The notes under the pieces are model-generated. The model ran no database searches and was not told where the DNA came from. It saw only the letters and a program-made list of their open reading frames with translations. From positions 32,001 to 96,000 of IMG/VR virus record IMGVR_UViG_3300049436_000052: DNA of 64,000 nt. The stretch is one strand, 5' to 3'. The position numbers and the translations under genes are program-made. This DNA comes from a virus. Positions 42,576 through 52,986 of this stretch are shown here, piece by piece (positions within the stretch are counted from its first letter, which is position 1; every line of letters starts with the position of its first letter).

Positions 42576-43391
42576 TTAAACAATTTTAGTTATTTTACTT
42601 GTGTCAATAATCCTATCGTTTGTAAAATTTGATTCTTTGTGTGCGGTTTCAAACCAAAATTTTCTTTCTGGCATTGGCATAGATTTTAAATATCCGTCAA
42701 ATAAACTACCACTCCTATTCATAATATGTTTATAACCCAACTTAGGAATTGTAAATATTTTACAACCATTATTAACTGCTCTTAATAAAAATTCATACAT
42801 AAATGTTAGTAGAATATTTGATTTATAACCACCAATATTAAGGAATTCTGATTTTTTAATAACAGCACCAGATAATTTGAAATCACTATACTGTTTTAAA
42901 ACATTTATATTTAGATAACCAATTTCACCATTTTCTCCAACAAATTGCTGTGCCCAGACCGTTTCGTTTGCAAATTTCATTGCTTCATTTTTCTCATTAC
43001 TTTCAATGATAATAGTTAAAAACACATCAATATCTTTATATGTTTTTATGTATTGTTCGACATTTTTAAAATATGAGATAGCATATTCATCATCAAATTC
43101 AAGAACTGAAAAATAATCTACTTCAATAGATTTAACTGCTAAGTTAACTTGGGATTGATAATCAGTTTTACCTTCGTTTTTTAATAAAGTTATGTCTAAT
43201 TTATCTCCAAATTTTAGTGAATCTTTATAATTTATAATATTTTCTTCAATAGCTTCAGCATATACAATTACTATTTTAGGTAATTCGTTAATTTTTTCTT
43301 GCTTAATGATAGATTCAATTGCTTTATCTAAATACTTAGATATGTCTTCATTAAATTCATGTATTGGTATTATTACACTTATATTACTCAT
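42576..43391 (-). CDS. Glycosyltransferase family 2-like
   Basis: ISVIIPI, A.ESI..Q, N.AV......YFSVLEFDD, F..IGG. Confidence 0.8.
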   Translation of the reverse strand: MSNISVIIPIHEFNEDISKYLDKAIESIIKQEKINELPKIVIVYAEAIEENIINYKDSLKFGDKLDITLLKNEGKTDYQSQVNLAVKSIEVDYFSVLEFDDEYAISYFKNVEQYIKTYKDIDVFLTIIIESNEKNEAMKFANETVWAQQFVGENGEIGYLNINVLKQYSDFKLSGAVIKKSEFLNIGGYKSNILLTFMYEFLLRAVNNGCKIFTIPKLGYKHIMNRSGSLFDGYLKSMPMPERKFWFETAHKESNFTNDRIIDTSKITKIV

Positions 43392-43421
43392 TTGATTTTA
43401 TATTTTATTTTCAATTAAAAA

Positions 43422-44552
43422 TTATTTTGGAATTGCATTTTCAAAAAATGTTATTCTTTCATTAATAAATTCAGTATATACTTTAACTATACTTTCTTCT
43501 GAATTTTCCATGTTATATGACGATGATACTTGTTTCATTGCATCATAGATTGATTCTGATAAATTATCATCTAAAAATTTAACGATTATTTCACCAATTA
43601 ACAGTGGTAAATCATAAAAATTTTCTGTCCAAACGCCTGCTTCATTATTAACTTTTGTAACAACATTTTCTTCATTTCTTTCAACCATATATTCTGGCAT
43701 GATATCAGGTTTTAAACAAATTGGAATTACACCAGATTTCATACATTCAAGAGGAAACGTTCCAAATGAAGCAATTCTATCAACCCAAACAGCAGCAAAA
43801 TTATTTTTCAACCTATTTGCAAAGTCAATTCTTCTCATTGTTTGAGGTGGTTTGCTTTTTGTTAGCATTGGATCGAAACTAACCCATCCGTATTGAGGAT
43901 ATTTAGCATAAAATAGTTTAACCAATTTAGAAATTTCATTAGGATTTCTTCCAACAATTGAAATTACTGGTTTTTGTGGTTCATTAGATGGTTTAAAATA
44001 ATCGGGAATTCCGATTTTATATGATTTGACGTTAAATTTATTTCCATAGAATTGTCTAACAATTTCGTTCATCATTTCGGATGTGGTAATTACATTATTA
44101 ACTCCAAATGATTTCCAATCCATCCCTGGTATCAGACTATTAATCATATAATCTATTGATTGTAATAATCCAATTCTTAGACATGGCAGATCTTTTGTTT
44201 GTTCCATAATATTTGAATAAACATCTGGAATAATCATTATTGTATCTGGTGCTATTGTTAATTTTGGATCAGACATTGGCATATGTTTATGCTCTGTTAA
44301 ATTACTATCAATCCAACTTGGTATAACATATTCTGCCTTTTCAACTAGCATTATTACTTCAAATCCCATTTTCTTTATTACTGTTGCATGAAAATATACT
44401 TCATAAACAGATGCTGCTGGATTTTGTGATTCTGGAACAAAAAATAAAAATTTAGATTTTTTATTTTTCAAATTTTCAACTGCAATTTTTATTTTTTCAA
44501 TTTTATCGTTTTCAAATTGCTGAACTTCTGTGTTCATTATTTCTTCACTCAT
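43422..44552 (-). CDS. GT-B glycosyltransferase-like protein
   Basis: SFGTFPLECMKSG.IPI GT4-type C-terminal motif. Confidence 0.7.
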   Translation of the reverse strand: MSEEIMNTEVQQFENDKIEKIKIAVENLKNKKSKFLFFVPESQNPAASVYEVYFHATVIKKMGFEVIMLVEKAEYVIPSWIDSNLTEHKHMPMSDPKLTIAPDTIMIIPDVYSNIMEQTKDLPCLRIGLLQSIDYMINSLIPGMDWKSFGVNNVITTSEMMNEIVRQFYGNKFNVKSYKIGIPDYFKPSNEPQKPVISIVGRNPNEISKLVKLFYAKYPQYGWVSFDPMLTKSKPPQTMRRIDFANRLKNNFAAVWVDRIASFGTFPLECMKSGVIPICLKPDIMPEYMVERNEENVVTKVNNEAGVWTENFYDLPLLIGEIIVKFLDDNLSESIYDAMKQVSSSYNMENSEESIVKVYTEFINERITFFENAIPK

Positions 44553-44556
44553 TTTC

Positions 44557-45330
44557 TTATTTATTATTTGTTTCTTTATAATTTATTAATTTTTCGAATT
44601 CTTTATTACCATTAAGATCGTTTAATTGTAATACTTCTAAACATTTGTTTTTAATATCAACATTATATGGTCTTTTTACTTTAATTACTTTTTTTCCAAA
44701 AGGAATTTTATCGTTTAGAATTTCTGGATTAGTTGTTATTAAAATATCAACATCTTTCCACATTTCTTTTGAATTTTCAACAAATTTATAATTTCTAAAT
44801 CTGGAACAATTTGTCCTTCCTAAAAAATATAATGTTGGGGGTATTGATAGTTTATTTTCAATAGATAAAATAGTGATATCAATATAATTTTCATATTTTT
44901 GAATAAACTTATTCATATGTACATCCAATCCTTTATAGATCAAAGGCGCTAGACCACTAATTTCAAGAAGATAGTCTTCATACATAAATTTATTATAAAC
45001 TTCTTTTGGGGTTAAATTTATTTTTTCTGACTTCTTGAATAAGAATGCATCTGCTGGTACAACACCTTCATCATCAGGCTGATAATCTATTGGATTAATA
45101 AATTCTGGACAATCTTCTGGTTCTTTAAGTTCTTTAATTATTTCTGTTTTGGCTTCCCATTTATATTCTTTAAAAAAATCAAACACATATGGTTGTTCTG
45201 GAATACCAGATTCATCAAAATCTTGACAATAATATCGATCCGCTTGCAAACATTTTGATCTTAAAATTTCATCAATCTCAATACCTATCCTAATTTTTCT
45301 TTTTTTAAATAACTTATTTAGTATTTTCAT
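44557..45330 (-). CDS. HAD-fold 5'(3')-deoxyribonucleotidase-like protein, possibly degenerate
   Basis: IGIEIDEILR (DxD variant), DILI, K.IK.KRPYN. Confidence 0.55.
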   Translation of the reverse strand: MKILNKLFKKRKIRIGIEIDEILRSKCLQADRYYCQDFDESGIPEQPYVFDFFKEYKWEAKTEIIKELKEPEDCPEFINPIDYQPDDEGVVPADAFLFKKSEKINLTPKEVYNKFMYEDYLLEISGLAPLIYKGLDVHMNKFIQKYENYIDITILSIENKLSIPPTLYFLGRTNCSRFRNYKFVENSKEMWKDVDILITTNPEILNDKIPFGKKVIKVKRPYNVDIKNKCLEVLQLNDLNGNKEFEKLINYKETNNK

Positions 45331-45619
45331 ATTTTTTTAATTTCTTGTTGATTTTCTTATTTATTTTTTTAATCATTTTAGTATGTTTCTTTATCAATGT
45401 TTTATCACTAATATATTCTGGATTAATACATTCGATTCTGGTATTAACACTTGTTTTATCTGGAATAACAATAAATTCACCTTTAACTGTTGAAGGAAGA
45501 ATTTTTTCAATAACTTTCTTAACATATTCATCAACATCATTGATGTCGTTTATTCCAACATAAACAACAAATATTTTTTCTTCAAAATAATTAAATGTGT
45601 TTGTAGTTGCTGTGATCAT
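45314..45619 (-). CDS. Hypothetical protein
   Basis: ORF track; overlaps next gene start. Confidence 0.55.
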   Translation of the reverse strand: MITATTNTFNYFEEKIFVVYVGINDINDVDEYVKKVIEKILPSTVKGEFIVIPDKTSVNTRIECINPEYISDKTLIKKHTKMIKKINKKINKKLKKYENTK

Positions 45620-45771
45620 TTTTTTGTTTTTTATTGTAATTTTATTTTATTATCATCTTTCATTTTACTAATACGTAAATTTTTTAAAAATCTTGAATTT
45701 TTTTGAAAAAAAATATTTTTTTAACTATTTATCATAAAACAATAATTATTTATAAAAAAATATAAAAATTT

Positions 45772-46692
45772 ATGAACGAAGAAAAAATACCACAAAGAGA
45801 AAATATCACAGAAGTTTTAAAGAAATATAAAGAAGTTAAAACACAATTAGAAAATAAAGGTGCTTCAATTGAAACTAATATTGAAAATCAACCAATTGGT
45901 AAAACAAATAATTTTCAGGATTATGAGAAATTAATGACAAAAGAAACTGATCCCGATTTAATGATGTCTTATGAAATTGTTCAATTACCATCAAAAGGTA
46001 TTTTTTATCAAAATAGAATTTCAGAATTAAATGTTGAATATATGACATCTAAGGATGAAGATCTAATTACAACTCCCTCAATAATTGATAGTGGCAATGC
46101 ACTTGATTTACTTCTAAAAAGAAAAATAAAAACTCCAAATGTTAGTCCAGAAGATCTTTTAGGTGGTGATAGAAATGCAGTTATTCTATATTTAAGAACT
46201 TCTAGTTATGGAACTGATTATAACGTCAATGTAACAGATCCTAGAGATGGTTCAACTTTTAAATATAAAATTAATTTATTAAAATTAAAATACAAAGAAC
46301 TGACTGAAATTCCTGACGATAATGGTCATTTCAATGTTGATATTCCAATGCGTAAAAAAAATGTTGTATTTAGATTATTAACTTCTGGTCAAGATAACGA
46401 AATATTTAAAAAAGCAGAAGCAATGAAAGTAGAATTTAATGAGGAATTTAGTCAATATAATACTTTAAAATTAAAAGCTTCTATTATTTCAATTGGTGGT
46501 AATTTAGATAGAACATATATTAACAGATTTGTTGATGCTATGCCAAGTCTTGACGCATTCACTATTCGTAAAAAAATATTAGAAGTATCGCCTGATGTTG
46601 ATATGACATATGAATTTACTTCACCTAAAGATGAATATAAATTTAATGCACAATTATCAATAGGTCTGGATTTTTTTTTCCCTCAAATTTAG
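45772..46692 (+). CDS. Tail/baseplate hub assembly chaperone (gp26-like)
   Basis: LPSKG.FY, YMT.KDED.IT, DLL.GDRNA....LR..SYG, DFFFP C-terminus. Confidence 0.75.
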   Translation: MNEEKIPQRENITEVLKKYKEVKTQLENKGASIETNIENQPIGKTNNFQDYEKLMTKETDPDLMMSYEIVQLPSKGIFYQNRISELNVEYMTSKDEDLITTPSIIDSGNALDLLLKRKIKTPNVSPEDLLGGDRNAVILYLRTSSYGTDYNVNVTDPRDGSTFKYKINLLKLKYKELTEIPDDNGHFNVDIPMRKKNVVFRLLTSGQDNEIFKKAEAMKVEFNEEFSQYNTLKLKASIISIGGNLDRTYINRFVDAMPSLDAFTIRKKILEVSPDVDMTYEFTSPKDEYKFNAQLSIGLDFFFPQI

Positions 46693-46883
46693 CGGGATCT
46701 TATAAGAAGTTGTTGAATGAAGAAATTTTTATTTTAACAAAACACGCTAAATTTCAGGCTGATTACGTAGAAAAACTTCCTGTGTATCGGAGAAGATACT
46801 ATCTTCATTTATTACAAAAGGAAAATGAAGAAATTGAAAAAATTCAAGAGAAGGAAATGAATAGAGCCAGGTCAAGAAGATAA
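46671..46883 (+). CDS. -1 frameshift extension of the tail chaperone (gp51/GT-like)
   Basis: -1 frame open from the T9 run at 46671-46679, with no ATG until its last 8 codons: ...PSNLAGSYKKLLNEEIFILTKHAKFQADYVEKLPVYRRRYYLHLLQKENEEIEKIQEKEMNRARSRR*. Confidence 0.75.
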   Translation, partial: FFFPSNLAGSYKKLLNEEIFILTKHAKFQADYVEKLPVYRRRYYLHLLQKENEEIEKIQEKEMNRARSRR

Positions 46884-46888
46884 ATTTT

Positions 46889-47077
46889 TTATAAATCAAT
46901 ATCAAAATAAAGATCAGTTATAAGTTCTTTCCATAATTCATTTATCATAAGTTTATGATAAATTTCTGAATCAAGATTGTCATTTAGTGTTTGCGTTCTT
47001 AATTTGTTGTTTGTTGATTCAATAACACTTAACTTATAAGCAATAGCGTCTCTAAATATATTATAATCTATAAACAT
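46889..47077 (-). CDS. Short Leu/Asp-rich hypothetical protein
   Basis: ELWKELITDLYFDIDL; resembles the 21.6-23.4 kb family. Confidence 0.55.
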   Translation of the reverse strand: MFIDYNIFRDAIAYKLSVIESTNNKLRTQTLNDNLDSEIYHKLMINELWKELITDLYFDIDL

Positions 47078-47080
47078 TTT

Positions 47081-47632
47081 CTAAATCAAATATTCGTTAG
47101 AATCTTTCACTTTACGTTTTAATAAACTTAAACCGCTTAATATATCTATTTTTCTTGGTCTTTTTTCAACTTCCGAAATTAAGTTTAATAGATTATCATT
47201 ATTTTCAATTCTTTTCTTGTTATTGTAATCAAAAATATTATGTATCTTCTTATTAAGGACATTATTGATATTTTGAACAAAATCATCTAAAGTAATATTT
47301 TTATTGTCAAAATTTTTAACTAAAGTAGTTATCTCTGAATTAATATCGTTACGAAGAATAATATCACTAATACTATTTACATATTTTTTTATATTTGGAA
47401 TATTGTTTCTTATTTTTAGTGCATGATTTAGTGTAGAATGATCACGATTTACTTTACTTGTAATCATACTATTGCTTGCTTTTGTAAAATCTCGTGCAAC
47501 TATCATATACGCATGTCGAACTTCAGTAATCTTTCTTTTTCTTGTTTTGCTTTTTAATTCATTATAAGAAATCCCAGAAGCTAAAATAGTTACATTTAAA
47601 ACTAAATCCAAACTAATTTCATTATTGTTCAT
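47081..47632 (-). CDS. Protein with DnaA domain IV-like helix-turn-helix
   Basis: LKSKTRKRKITEVRH.YM..AR.....S...I.....RDHSTL.HA. Confidence 0.7.
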   Translation of the reverse strand: MNNNEISLDLVLNVTILASGISYNELKSKTRKRKITEVRHAYMIVARDFTKASNSMITSKVNRDHSTLNHALKIRNNIPNIKKYVNSISDIILRNDINSEITTLVKNFDNKNITLDDFVQNINNVLNKKIHNIFDYNNKKRIENNDNLLNLISEVEKRPRKIDILSGLSLLKRKVKDSNEYLI

Positions 47633-47743
47633 AGAAACATTATTATTTAAATTTATTTGGAAAGTTTATTATGATACTTTCCAAATAACATATTTTATTG
47701 ATATGATTAGTAGCGTTTTATAAATATTTTGTATATATAATAA

Positions 47744-48991
47744 TTATAAAACAACTTGTGATCTAAAATCGTCTTTAAGTTTCTGCCTACATTCATTACA
47801 CATTGTTATTACATCGGTACATGGTTTTTTGCAAGCCGATTTTATAACATCAGGTATATTTAATTTTTTAACCTCACCTTTGATCATTGGAATAAGCCCG
47901 TCCAAAATTTTAACTACAGATTCTCGCTTGATTTCATACCAACCATTGTCGTTTTCTGGTACACTATCAAAAACGATATTTTTATCAATTTTATCCTTTA
48001 GCCATGTTATTATAATTTCTCTGTCTTTATTCATATTGTTGGTTTTAAACGGTAAAAAAAACTAAAACATACCTATCGACTGTTAGTGATTAGCTTTCGA
48101 CCACCACTGCAAAAACACGACAACTGAATTGAATAGTATTTTAATATCAACATCCATTAAAGCTGACATTACTGACTTCTTTTTTGTAAAATCATCAATA
48201 GGTAGTTGTTGTATTTTTTTTACTACTGGCATTAATTCGTCCCAACTTTCGTCATAACTGAAATTACTTAGATGTTTACCTCCTTTTAAGTCTTTTAAAT
48301 ATACCTTATTTGGAGTATTATCGTAAGGCGAATCAATCCATCCCATGAAATTAGCAATAAGCCGAACCGCTAACAATGTATTTACGCCATTAGCGGTTAT
48401 GTTCTCGCTTAATAATTCTTCAGTTTTCATATATTTGTTTTTACGTGTTAAATTCGTAGTTAATAATCGCCAACAGGCGCAAATATTAAACGTTAAGTTA
48501 CATTAAACATTCTCAATGAGATAGTGTTCTAAATTTTCAAGAGAATCTAATAACAATTTAACTCTTTTAATTTTATCTGATTTTGTATAAAAGCATGGTT
48601 TTTCGGTTTCTTTATCAAATCTTTCAAGGTCGGATGACAAACGCAACTTAATATCTGCTATAACATCATTTTTATTTATTATATCTGAGGTTGCTGCAAG
48701 TTCTAACATTTTAGAGGCAAACCATTCTACTATCTCATTTGCATCCAAAGGCTGCGATTGAGAGTAGTACCATAAACAGAAGTCTTTTCGCTTTTCCTCC
48801 AACTGTTCGCTTCGCCCGCTAACAACAGGTAAATCCAATTTTTTTAACGCTTCGATTAACTCCAAAAAGGCATTTGTTATATCCATATAAAATGCCATAG
48901 CACCAGTTGTAAGTGTTTCCGCTTTTTGATATTTTTCGTAAGCAGATGCCTTTTTTTCTTCGGCTTTTGAGATTAATTCATTTAATTTCAT
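47744..48991 (-). CDS. Three cassette-like hypothetical ORFs (47744-48034, 48083-48430, 48503-48991)
   Basis: Each ATG lies in the loop of an attC-like site; the arm is translated as LNIPDVIKS / GVNTLLAVR / LDLPVVSGR. Confidence 0.7.
47842..48088 (+). mobile_element. attC-like imperfect inverted repeat, site A
   Basis: TTATAAC-atc-AGGTATATTTAATTTTTTAACC ... GGTAAAAAAAACTAAAACATACCT-atcgact-GTTAGTG. Confidence 0.6.
48368..48498 (+). mobile_element. attC-like imperfect inverted repeat, site B
   Basis: CGCTAAC-aat-GTATTTACGCCATTAGCGGTTAT ... ATAATCGCCAACAGGCGCAAATAT-taaac-GTTAAGT (GTTRRRY). Confidence 0.65.
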
Positions 48992-49040
48992 TTTCTATGT
49001 ATTTTAAGTAAAAAACTGTATTTACTAACAACCGTTATAC
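48817..49040 (+). mobile_element. attC-like imperfect inverted repeat, site C
   Basis: CGCTAAC-aaca-GGTAAATCCAATTTTTTTAAC ... GTAAAAAAACTGTATTTAC-taacaacc-GTTATAC. Confidence 0.6.
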
Positions 49041-49146
49041 TTAACTTAAAACAAGATGCGTTCTATTTTGAGCATAATACCAGTTTTGTAATTTTGAAGC
49101 ATATCTATTGGCAACCGCTTCATATTGTCATACTATTAGCACAATA

Positions 49147-52100
49147 CTACGAAAGTGCTTCGATTTCAGTTTTTACATCATTCCAATAAAGTAATAAATC
49201 AGAATGAAAATCTAAGTTATAATTAAATTCTACATCAACTAATTCTTTGATTATTTCATCAACACAACTGATTGAATGTTCTTTTCGCCATCCACCGACA
49301 GCAAATTTTTCTAATAATTCTTGTGCTTTTTCTTTTGGTGTCATAAATTTTCTTGTTATTTTATTTAATATCCAAGTTCCTTTTTCAAACGAGCAAACTC
49401 TTTTTGTTTTTCTTCTAATTTTGCTTTATCTACATCATTCTTTCGCTTCTCTTTCTTATCCAAAGTTTGTTTTGTAATATCTTCAATAAATTTATTCCAT
49501 TGCATATCACTCATTTCAAGTTGTTCTAACTTCATTTCTATTGAAAAGTGTTCTGGACAATAGTATGATGTTTTTTCTTCAAATTCGAATATGATTTGAT
49601 TTTCCTCAAATTCAATTCTATTTACAAAAACATCACATTCACAACCTTCTCCTATAAGCAATTCCTCTGCTCTTTTAGAAGCAAAAGATTGAAATTCTGT
49701 TACACTTTTTAAAAACTCTTTTATATTTTCCATATTGATTAATTTTATTATAATTAAATATTTTCTAACGCACTTTCGGGTTGGTAATCGTATTCATGTC
49801 CTATATTCTTTATTCTATATTCCCAAATATAACCAGTCCATCTAATTGAGATTATTGTAGGATTTTTTATTGTTTTTCCGTTAAATTTTATTTGAAATGG
49901 TTGTTCGTTATTAAATTTTGGGAACGATGTTGGTTTAGCAAGTTCTTTAGTTATCATACCTTTTAACAATTCTTCGTCTGATAAATTTCTATATTCTTTT
50001 AATGAATATGAATTTAGGTCATGTATCATTTTAATGAAAAATTTATCCCTCTTATCATTATCATATTTTAAATCAAAATCAGACGTTCCTGTAAATACAA
50101 GAATATTATTAAAATAATACTCTCGATTGCAATAAAAAAATTTAACTATTTCCATCTCAAAATTTTTATTATTAATAATATTCCCAAATTCTTTTAAAAA
50201 CTTCATTATAAACTTCCTCCAATTCTTTTATTTTTTTAAATGTTTTGGGGTTTCTTGCTTTTTCTGAAATTAATTTTTCGTACAATTCCAAAAGTTCTAT
50301 TGCTGACAAATCTTTCATAACTATTATAATAGATCAAATTCCTTTTCAAGTTTTTCCTTTTCTTCCAATAAATATGATTTTATTATATTTATTAAATCAT
50401 TATTTAATATTATTGGAACTTCTGTTTGAGTATTTCCATCATATTCTTCATTAAGATGCTCAATTATTAGTTTTGGTTTTAAATTAACAACTTCAATTAA
50501 TTTACCATCTATATCTAATTCTTCACGTTCAAACGAACTAAGTGCTTTGTTAATTTTACTTATTTTTCTTAAAATAAGATTTCCTTTTTCTATTATTTCT
50601 ATTTTCATAATTATTAAAATTATATGTAGATTTTAAAAATGACTAATTATTTCAAGCAAACAATCTTTACAAAGTATTATCACATCACCATGATGTTTAT
50701 CTGTCGATATTCCTTGTATTGATGCACATTCTTTCATTTCATCACAACCATCACATAGTTTATTATCACCATCAACATAAAGTAATCTAACTTTACCTAT
50801 TTTTTTACCATCTTTTTCAAGATATTCATCACTTATCATAAGTTTAGATAGTTTAATAAAAAAAATATAAAGATGTTATTTAACACTTTTTAAAGTTTTC
50901 GTTTCAATTTTAACAATTCTACTGCAATCTCATGAACTTCATCAATATAACCTTCTTTAAAATCATTATGTCCCCAAGTCTCTTCATCGAGAACTATTAA
51001 TAATTCTTTATAAGCATTAGATATAAGTTCTTTTGCATTTCTGATTTTTTCATCTGCTGTTGTTGTTACGCTCATCTTATTTATTTTTTAAGAATTTCAT
51101 CTAATTACAAGATAATTAGTATTAATCTGCTCTAGCATCATCAGTAGTTCTATAAAATTGATGGATTTTAACAAAAACGTTATCCATTTCACCAAGCTGG
51201 TTTATAAGTTCTTCTTTTGCCAATCTTTGTGCTTCCTCTTTACCTTCTTTCTTATTTTTAGCTTGTATTATAAAACTATATCCTTCACTACCATTCCAAG
51301 GTAAGTCTTCTGAGTTGTCAGTAAAACTAACTTCACAATCTGCATAATAAGTATTCATATTATAATCTATTTAAATAAAATTATTTTTTTGTCATTCCAT
51401 TATAATTTAGTGTTAAAATTTAGTTATATATTGTCATTATATTTTATTAATGTTAACAGCTAAACCCTTTTCAATAAGATTGAAATAATCAAAATGCCAT
51501 TCTAGGTAATTTTCAGAAATAATTCTTGGAAGAAAATCTATTGGTATATTTATTTTTTTACAAAAAGAATCTAAAGACTCATGAGGTCCTCCATACATAG
51601 AATGAAGTTTTTCAATAGGAACGAACTTTTTACCATCAAATTCAATTTGCTTAAATAAATCTGATAATGGTCTTAAAATTGGCTTCCATTTTTTTTCTAA
51701 AATAGTAGTTAATTCGGTTGGAGTCAATACCATGTCATAAAAATATCCTTCTGTATCAATTTTTAAGCTATATGGCAAATATGCTGCTAAATGTTTTAAT
51801 TTTAATTCCATATTTTCTATATTTTTCGTTAAACTTTCTCAATCAAATCCTTTTCAGGTATGTTAAATGAATTATCTTTATTTCCAGTTCTAATGCTAGA
51901 AAAAAAAGACCAATAATCCCAATGTTTACCATTAAACTCATGTCTTTCATTAACTATTTTAGGTTTTTTTCTATCAACACTATCGCCCCAATAAATACCA
52001 TTCCAACCATCACGATAATTATTACCTGTATTATCTATTAAAGGTTCAACACCCTTGGTAATTTTAAGTATTCTGCCATTTCGATTTCTATATTTTTTTC

Positions 52101-52748
52101 CAATTTCTAGTTTCATAAAAAATTAATTACATTCTTCTATATTCATATGTTCATTAATCCAATACCAATCACCAGATTGATGATCTTCACATTTACTTGG
52201 ATATAAATGATGTTTCAATATACATTTGTTTGTATCTAAATTCAAAAAATTAAAACCGCATCTAGTAGGTTGTATGAATTTACACATCATCTTATTTTTA
52301 TATCCAAACCAAATGACATAGTGTTTTCCAAGTTTTAATTTTCTAGGGAATCTTCTTATATCCATAACTTTAATAATTAAAATCAGAATACCACTTATTT
52401 AATGTTTCTATTGTTTCACCACTTTTTTCAGATGCCATTCCTAAAATAATATCCGTTAAATTAAATTTAGAATTTTGTATATGACTTTTTAATTCATCAC
52501 TCTCAATACCAATGAATGCTAAGAATTTAATTAGTTTATTTTTATTCATTCCCATAATTTTACTCATATTTACTCAAAACTTCCTCATACCACCATAAAT
52601 GAAACTTATGATGATAATCAATTTTAAATCTACTTATTAAACTTAATAACATACATGGAAAAAATATTAGTGCTGAAATTATAAAACTAATTATAACTAT
52701 TAAAATTAATTTTAATATTTTCACGTTTTCTTTCAATTCTTTATCCAT
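49147..52748 (-). CDS. Block of ~12 small hypothetical ORFs
   Basis: Packed co-oriented ORFs (MTPKEKA.EL; LKHLAAYLPY..K...KPILRPLSDL) downstream of promoters at 52926-52986. Confidence 0.65.
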
Positions 52749-52955
52749 AATTATTTAATTTTTAGGAATTTTAATTTGCAATAAATAAATACCAATTAAC
52801 AATCCATAATACCATTCCAATTTAGATGTCAACATCAATATACCAATTCCTAGTATACAAATTAAATTACTAATTTTCAATCCTTTTAAATTCATAATTT
52901 CAAATATTTAATTAAATTATATCCTATTATACGAAAAATTTTAAAAAATGTTTTG

Positions 52956-52986
52956 CAAAATTACAAAAAAAATTTAAAATTAACAA
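52956..52986 (-). promoter_or_regulatory. Bacteroidota sigma-A type promoter
   Basis: TTG-N20-TAATTTTG on minus strand, tandem with a TTCGTATAAT box at 52926-52935. Confidence 0.6.
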
